NCBI GenBank assembly: GCA_009843915.1
Contig: VYCM01000143.1
Span: forward strand, 339-64,338
DNA from: Acidimicrobiaceae bacterium
Lineage (GTDB): Bacteria > Actinomycetota > Acidimicrobiia > Acidimicrobiales > Aldehydirespiratoraceae
Direction: 5' to 3'
DNA: 64,000 nucleotides
The first letter of the stretch is position 1; every line of letters begins with the position of its first letter. Shown here one piece after another: positions 59,527-64,000 of this stretch. Position numbers and translations under genes: made by a program. The notes beneath the pieces are model-generated. The model did no database searches, was not told the DNA's origin, and saw only the letters and a list, made by a program, of their open reading frames with translations.

Positions 59527-60539
59527 TTCCGGCCTACGACGCGGTCGTGATCGTGTCCTTCGGAGGTCCCGAAGGCCCCTCCGAGGTTGAGCCGTTCCTC
59601 GCCAACGTCACCGCGGGACGCGATATCGGTGCCGAGCGCCTGGCCGTGGTCGCCCGGCAGTACCACCACTTCGGCGGGGTCAGTCCCCTCAACGCCCAGT
59701 GCCGCCGGCTGCGCACGGCTCTGGCTCGCCGGCTCGCAGCCGCTGGCCTCGATCTGCCCGTGTACTGGGGCAACCGCAACTGGGTGCCCTACCTGGCCGA
59801 CGCCGTAGGTGAGATGGCCGAGGCCGGGCACCGCCGGGCGCTGGCCGTCGTCACCTCCGCGTACTCGTCGTACTCGGGCTGCCGCCAGTACCTGGACGAC
59901 ATTGAAGCGGCCCGGGCCGCGGTCGGAGAGGCCGCTCCCGCCATCGACAAGGTGCGCGCCTACTACGACCACCCCGGCTTCGTCGAGCCCTTCGCCGACG
60001 CGGTCGCGGCGGCCCGCGGGAGCCTGCCCGCAGAGTTCCGATCGGAGGCCCGGCTGGTGTTCACCGCCCACTCCATTCCCGAGACCATGGCCGCAGGCTG
60101 CGACTACGAGCGTCAACTAACAGAGACCGCTCGCCTGGTGGCGGGCGGGGCCGGCTTCGACGCCTGGACCATGGCCTGGCAGAGCCGCAGCGGCCCGCCC
60201 TCGGTGCCGTGGTTGGATCCCGATGTGAACGAATGCCTGGAACGCCTGTCCCGCGAGGACGGCGTCGAAGCCGTGGTCCTGGCCCCGATCGGCTTCGTCA
60301 CCGACCACATGGAAGTCATGTGGGACCTCGACGTGGTCGCGGCCGGCACCGCGGCCGATCTGGGCATGCGGCTGGTGCGGGCCGTGACCCCCGGCACGGG
60401 GCCCGACGACCGCTTCGTGGCCATGTGGCAGGAGCTGGTCTCCGAGCGCCTCGAGCCCGGCGCGGCCCGGCGCTCCCTCGGCCGCCTCGGCGTCGGTCCA
60501 GACGCCTGCCCCGCCGGCTGCTGCCCGCTGCGTTCTTGA
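59508..60539 (+). CDS. hemH: Ferrochelatase (coproporphyrin type)
   Basis: SFGGPEG, GNRNW.P, FTAHSIP, QSRSG...PWL.PD, GFVTDHMEV..DLD, C-terminal CPAGCC; exact start uncertain. Confidence 0.92.
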   Translation: MNKLGKVPAYDAVVIVSFGGPEGPSEVEPFLANVTAGRDIGAERLAVVARQYHHFGGVSPLNAQCRRLRTALARRLAAAGLDLPVYWGNRNWVPYLADAVGEMAEAGHRRALAVVTSAYSSYSGCRQYLDDIEAARAAVGEAAPAIDKVRAYYDHPGFVEPFADAVAAARGSLPAEFRSEARLVFTAHSIPETMAAGCDYERQLTETARLVAGGAGFDAWTMAWQSRSGPPSVPWLDPDVNECLERLSREDGVEAVVLAPIGFVTDHMEVMWDLDVVAAGTAADLGMRLVRAVTPGTGPDDRFVAMWQELVSERLEPGAARRSLGRLGVGPDACPAGCCPLRS

Positions 60540-60559
60540 CGGGTATCCACCACTCAGCC

Positions 60560-60568
60560 TGTGGATAA
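60560..60568. promoter_or_regulatory. Perfect DnaA box (TTATCCACA on minus strand)
   Basis: TGTGGATAA, with a degenerate opposite-orientation box GTATCCACC at 60543. Confidence 0.5.
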
Positions 60569-60620
60569 CTGTATTTTCTGTAGCTGTATACCGTCGAACC
60601 CCGGGATCGAACATCTCACG

Positions 60621-60929
60621 ATGAACCACACCCGCATCGCGGCTGAAGCGATCCGATTCCGGATCTCCACGATCCGCCGTCCCCTGGTGAGCAGCGAGAC
60701 CGTCGATGTGGAGGCCATGGCGGCAGCCGCGGTCACGGCGGCCACTCCGGAGGTCGACCAGGCGCTTCGGATAGTGGCCACCGCTTGGCAGCGCGCCGGC
60801 TTCGAGCCGGAGGACTTGGTGCAGCCCTGGAAAGGCGAACAGGTCGACTACTTCAGGAGCCAGCCCGACCTCATCGACGCCATCGACGTGATCGTGCGGG
60901 GCGCCAACGGAGCGACCGCCGCGGCCTGA
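60621..60929 (+). CDS. Hypothetical protein (102 aa)
   Basis: ORF with GC3-rich codon usage filling the gap between hemH and mutM; no recognised motif. Confidence 0.65.
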   Translation: MNHTRIAAEAIRFRISTIRRPLVSSETVDVEAMAAAAVTAATPEVDQALRIVATAWQRAGFEPEDLVQPWKGEQVDYFRSQPDLIDAIDVIVRGANGATAAA

Positions 60930-60942
60930 CGCCTTCTTGGAC

Positions 60943-60992
60943 GGAATTGGCAGCGGTGGGTGCCGGTTTGGGCGTTCCCGGCTGCCAATTCC
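60943..60992. repeat. Palindromic repeat family A, diverged third copy in opposite orientation
   Basis: GGAATTGGCAGC...GCTGCCAATTCC; 40/48 identical to the reverse complement of 32240-32287. Confidence 0.88.
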
Positions 60993-61013
60993 AGATGCGG
61001 TACGGTGCGGCCG

Positions 61014-61829
61014 GTGCCCGAGCTTCCCGAGGTCGAGACCATCCGAGCCCAGTTGCATCCGCGCCTGGCAGGGTGCTCGATCACCGACGCCGGCTCGCAC
61101 CCCTCGGAGAAGTTCTTGCCGGCCATAGACGCCATCGGCGGCCAGATCTCAGCTGTCGGCCGCCGCGGCAAGTATCTCATCCTCGCCCTTGACGACGGCA
61201 GCGAAACCGGAAGCGAGCTGGTCATCCACCTAGGGATGACCGGCCGGCTGTCCATCTCCCCCGACGCCGATCGACACCATCCGCACCTGCGGGCCTGGTG
61301 GCGCCTGGACGGCGACGAGATGCTCACGCTCCACGACGTGCGGAGGTTCGGACGCGTCCACGTGGTTGACGCAGGCCGCTACGAGTCCATTGCCACCCTC
61401 GACCGCCTCGGTCCAGAGCCCTTCAGCGACCAGTTCACCGGCGACGGCCTGTGGCGGGCGCTCAGCGCCAGCCGGCGCCGCGTGAAGACCCAGCTGCTGT
61501 CGCAGCGGCCGGTGGCGGGCGTGGGCAACATCTACGCCGACGAGGCGCTGTGGCTGGCCCAGATCAACCCTGCCGTTCGCTACGTGTCGAAACCCCGGGC
61601 CGGACGGCTGGCCGACGCCATCCGCACCGCGCTCACGTCGGGGCTGCGCCACGGCGGCACCACGCTACGCGACTACGCCACCCTGGACGGATCGTCCGGG
61701 CGCAACCAGCACCATCTGCGCTGCTACGGGCGGGCGGGCGAGCCGTGCGAGCGCTGCGGCACAGAGCTGCGCCGCCGGATCATCGACGCCCGGGGCACCA
61801 CTTGGTGCCCCACCTGCCAGCGGCGGTAA
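61014..61829 (+). CDS. mutM: Formamidopyrimidine-DNA glycosylase
   Basis: PELPEVE N-terminus, RRGKYL, HLGMTG, GVGNIYADE, C-terminal zinc finger. Confidence 0.96.
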   Translation: MPELPEVETIRAQLHPRLAGCSITDAGSHPSEKFLPAIDAIGGQISAVGRRGKYLILALDDGSETGSELVIHLGMTGRLSISPDADRHHPHLRAWWRLDGDEMLTLHDVRRFGRVHVVDAGRYESIATLDRLGPEPFSDQFTGDGLWRALSASRRRVKTQLLSQRPVAGVGNIYADEALWLAQINPAVRYVSKPRAGRLADAIRTALTSGLRHGGTTLRDYATLDGSSGRNQHHLRCYGRAGEPCERCGTELRRRIIDARGTTWCPTCQRR

Positions 61830-61846
61830 GCCAGAGGCCGAGCAGA

Positions 61847-61895
61847 AGCGAGGCCGTGGCCCGAGCGGCCCGTGAGCGCAGCGAACAAGAGCGGG
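61847..61895 (+). repeat. Interspersed repeat family B, copy 2
   Basis: AGCGAGGCCGTGGCCCGAGCGGCCCGTGAGCGCAGCGAACAAGAGCGGG. Confidence 0.88.
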
Positions 61896-61954
61896 AGACA
61901 CCAAGCCGCGCCGCGAACCGGCCGAACTTCGGCGCGGCGGCTAGGTTGGGACGC

Positions 61955-62314
61955 ATGGAACTCGGGCCGGTACACCATGTATCGATCAACGTTCCCGACG
62001 TCGAGGCGGCCGCGCCGTTCTACACCGACGTGCTGGGCATGGCCGTGCTGCCAAGGCCCGACTTCGGCTTCAACGGCCGCTGGTTGCAGACCCCCGGCGG
62101 TGGAGAGGTGCACCTCATCGAGGTCGAGGGCTGGGTGGCTCCCGAGGGCCAGCACTGGGCCTTCAAGGTGGAGGACATTGATGCCGCGGTGAGGGAGCTG
62201 CGGGGCCGTGGCGTGGACGTGGCCGACCCCAAGCCGCTGCCAGGGACGCCGGCCCGCCAGACGTTCTTCTTCGACCCGGCCGGCAACATGATCGAACTCA
62301 ACCAGCCGGCCTGA
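61955..62314 (+). CDS. VOC/glyoxalase family protein
   Basis: HHVSINV.D......FY.DVLG, H.AF.V.D, DPAGNMIEL. Confidence 0.9.
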   Translation: MELGPVHHVSINVPDVEAAAPFYTDVLGMAVLPRPDFGFNGRWLQTPGGGEVHLIEVEGWVAPEGQHWAFKVEDIDAAVRELRGRGVDVADPKPLPGTPARQTFFFDPAGNMIELNQPA

Positions 62315-62343
62315 TCAAGAGCGCCGGCTGGCGACATTCGGAG

Positions 62344-62416
62344 CACCCCGTACGGGATTTGAACCCGTGCTACCACCTTGAGAGGGTGGCGTCCTAGGCC
62401 GCTAGACGAACGGGGC
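62344..62416 (-). tRNA. tRNA-Glu(CTC)
   Basis: GCCCCGT/ACGGGGT stem, CCACC-CTCTCAA-GGTGG anticodon arm, GGTTCAAATCC. Confidence 0.96.
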
Positions 62417-62420
62417 TGGG

Positions 62421-62492
62421 TTCGGGGAGGAGGACTCGAACCCCCAATGGCTGGACCAGAACCAGCTGTGTTACCGATTACACCATCCCCGA
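62421..62492 (-). tRNA. tRNA-Gln(CTG)
   Basis: TCGGGGA/TCCCCGA stem, GCTGG-TTCTGGT-CCAGC anticodon arm, GGTTCGAGTCC. Confidence 0.96.
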
Positions 62493-62557
62493 GAGCGCCG
62501 ATCACCATACCCGCACCCACCGTCACCGCCACAGCGGTGAGCCCCGGGAGCGAGTGC

Positions 62558-63631
62558 CTAGCCGACGCCGGCCCGGGAGTTGAGCTCGGAGAGTTGTGGC
62601 CTGGTACCCAGCGCGATCAGGATGTCGTCGGCGGCCAGCACGAAGTCGTCTGAGGGGCTGGTGACGAAGGACTCGCCGCGGCGCACGGCCAGAACCGTCA
62701 CGCCAGTCGACTCGCCGATCTTGCACTGTGCCAGCGCCTGGCCGGCGAACGGACCGTGAGCGGTGACGGGTGTCTCGGCGAGGCGCACCGAGAGTTCCTC
62801 GGCTTGCATGACCACCCCGAGGAACTCGACAACGCCGGGCTGCAGCACCAGAGCGGCCATCCTCGATCCGCCGATCTCGTGGGTGTTGACCACCCGGTCG
62901 ACACCGGCCTGGCGCAGCTTCGGCTCCGCGGAGGAGCTGTTGGAGCGGGCCACGATGAACAGGCTCGGACGCATCGAGCGGGCCGTCAGGGCGATGTACA
63001 GATTGTCGACGTCGGAGTCGAGGGCCAGCACCAGCGTGCTGGCCCGCTGCAGGCCGGCCGCCACCAGCACGTCGTCATCGGTGGCCTCGCCGACGACGGT
63101 GTGGGGCAGCGCTTCCTCGTCGAGTTCGCTGCGGTCGATCACCACCACCGTGCGGCCCTCGGCGGTCAGCTCCCGGTGGATGGCCCGCCCGACCTGCCCG
63201 AAGCCGCAAAGGACGACATGGTCGCTCAACCGATCGATCTGCTTCTGCATGCGCCGCCTCCGAATCTCGTCATCGAGCCGGCCCTCGAAGAGGGACTCTA
63301 TGAGAACGCTCAGGGTGTAGAGGGCCGCGCCCACCCCGAACATGATCAGCAAGATGGTGAACACCCGGTAGCTGTCGGTGACCGTGCCGATCTCCTCGTA
63401 GCCGACCGTGGTGATCGTGATGACGGTCTGGTAGAGGGCCTCCCCCACCGTCAGCCCGAGGCGGTGGTACCCGAACGTGCCCACCGCGGTCACGAGCACG
63501 AGCACGCTCAACCCGGCCCAGAAGCGACCCCAGGGATCCTGGGGGGCGCCCCTGGCCAGATACGGATGACGCGCGCCGCGTCCGCGAACCCGGAACCTCA
63601 CCGGGGCCAAGACTAGATGGACCGGATGCAC
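62558..63631 (-). CDS. Potassium channel protein (2-TM pore + RCK/TrkA-N and TrkA-C domains)
   Basis: TITTVGYEE pore, CGFGQVG Rossmann motif, GEATDDDVL..AG, C-terminal TrkA-C; start uncertain. Confidence 0.88.
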   Translation of the reverse strand: MHPVHLVLAPVRFRVRGRGARHPYLARGAPQDPWGRFWAGLSVLVLVTAVGTFGYHRLGLTVGEALYQTVITITTVGYEEIGTVTDSYRVFTILLIMFGVGAALYTLSVLIESLFEGRLDDEIRRRRMQKQIDRLSDHVVLCGFGQVGRAIHRELTAEGRTVVVIDRSELDEEALPHTVVGEATDDDVLVAAGLQRASTLVLALDSDVDNLYIALTARSMRPSLFIVARSNSSSAEPKLRQAGVDRVVNTHEIGGSRMAALVLQPGVVEFLGVVMQAEELSVRLAETPVTAHGPFAGQALAQCKIGESTGVTVLAVRRGESFVTSPSDDFVLAADDILIALGTRPQLSELNSRAGVG

Positions 63632-63658
63632 CGGAGGGGTGCTTGTACCTTGGGCAGC

Positions 63659-64000
63659 GTGAGCGAGACGGTCGGCGTCGGCCCCCATCCCGAGCCGTGG
63701 CCCCCCGGCGACCACCTTGATCCTGAACTGCTCGCCGGCGGCGACCGGCGCAACGTGGTCGACCGGTACCGCTACTGGGGCGTGGACGCCATCAAGGCCG
63801 ACCTGGACGCCCGACGGCACCCCTTCCATGTGGCCATCGAGAACTGGGAGCACGACCGCAACATCGGCACGGTGGTGCGCACAGCCAACGCCTTCGCCGC
63901 CGCTGAGGTGCACATCGTGGGACGGCGGCGCTGGAACCGGCGGGGGGCGATGATGACCGACGTGTACCAGCACGTCCGGCATCACGCCTCGGTGGAGGAT
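63659..64000 (+). CDS. TrmH/SpoU family RNA methyltransferase (partial, runs off the window)
   Basis: GVGPHP.PWP, DRRNVVDRYRYW, ENWEHD.NIG.VVRTANAF, RRWNRRGAM.TD. Confidence 0.88.
   Translation, partial: MSETVGVGPHPEPWPPGDHLDPELLAGGDRRNVVDRYRYWGVDAIKADLDARRHPFHVAIENWEHDRNIGTVVRTANAFAAAEVHIVGRRRWNRRGAMMTDVYQHVRHHASVED

Overview
High-GC actinobacterial chromosomal segment, most consistent with an Acidimicrobiia-type genome (inferred from gene content and order). Positions 1-29.3 kb are mostly minus-strand housekeeping clusters: radical SAM-rodA-mrdA-mreDCB-ndk-folC-clpX-clpP-tig, then tRNA-Gly, ispH, plsC-cmk-aroA-tyrA-rluB-scpBA, trpS and xerD-NUDIX-pyrG-nadK-tlyA. Positions 29.3-46.5 kb are an accessory metabolic block. 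It holds an amidase with a small partner ORF, a Rid protein, three alpha/beta hydrolases, an M20 carbamoylase, FabH, Amt, an ERG4/ERG24-like sterol reductase, a Liv-type ABC transporter with an AraC regulator, and a stand-alone HPPD-like catalytic domain with an Lrp regulator, ending at tRNA-Ala. The rest holds Moco genes, plsY, uppP, tldD/pmbA, dxs, nfuA, hemH, mutM, tRNA-Glu/Gln, a K+ channel and a partial TrmH. I saw no integrase other than xerD, and no transposase, CRISPR array or rRNA. The most notable non-coding signals are two small interspersed repeat families, bridging mini-ORFs that keep stop/start overlaps at aroA-cmk and pyrG-NUDIX, a phased DnaA-box-like array at hemH, and widespread leaderless and bidirectional -10 elements. 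All calls come from reading motifs by eye; no database searches were run.
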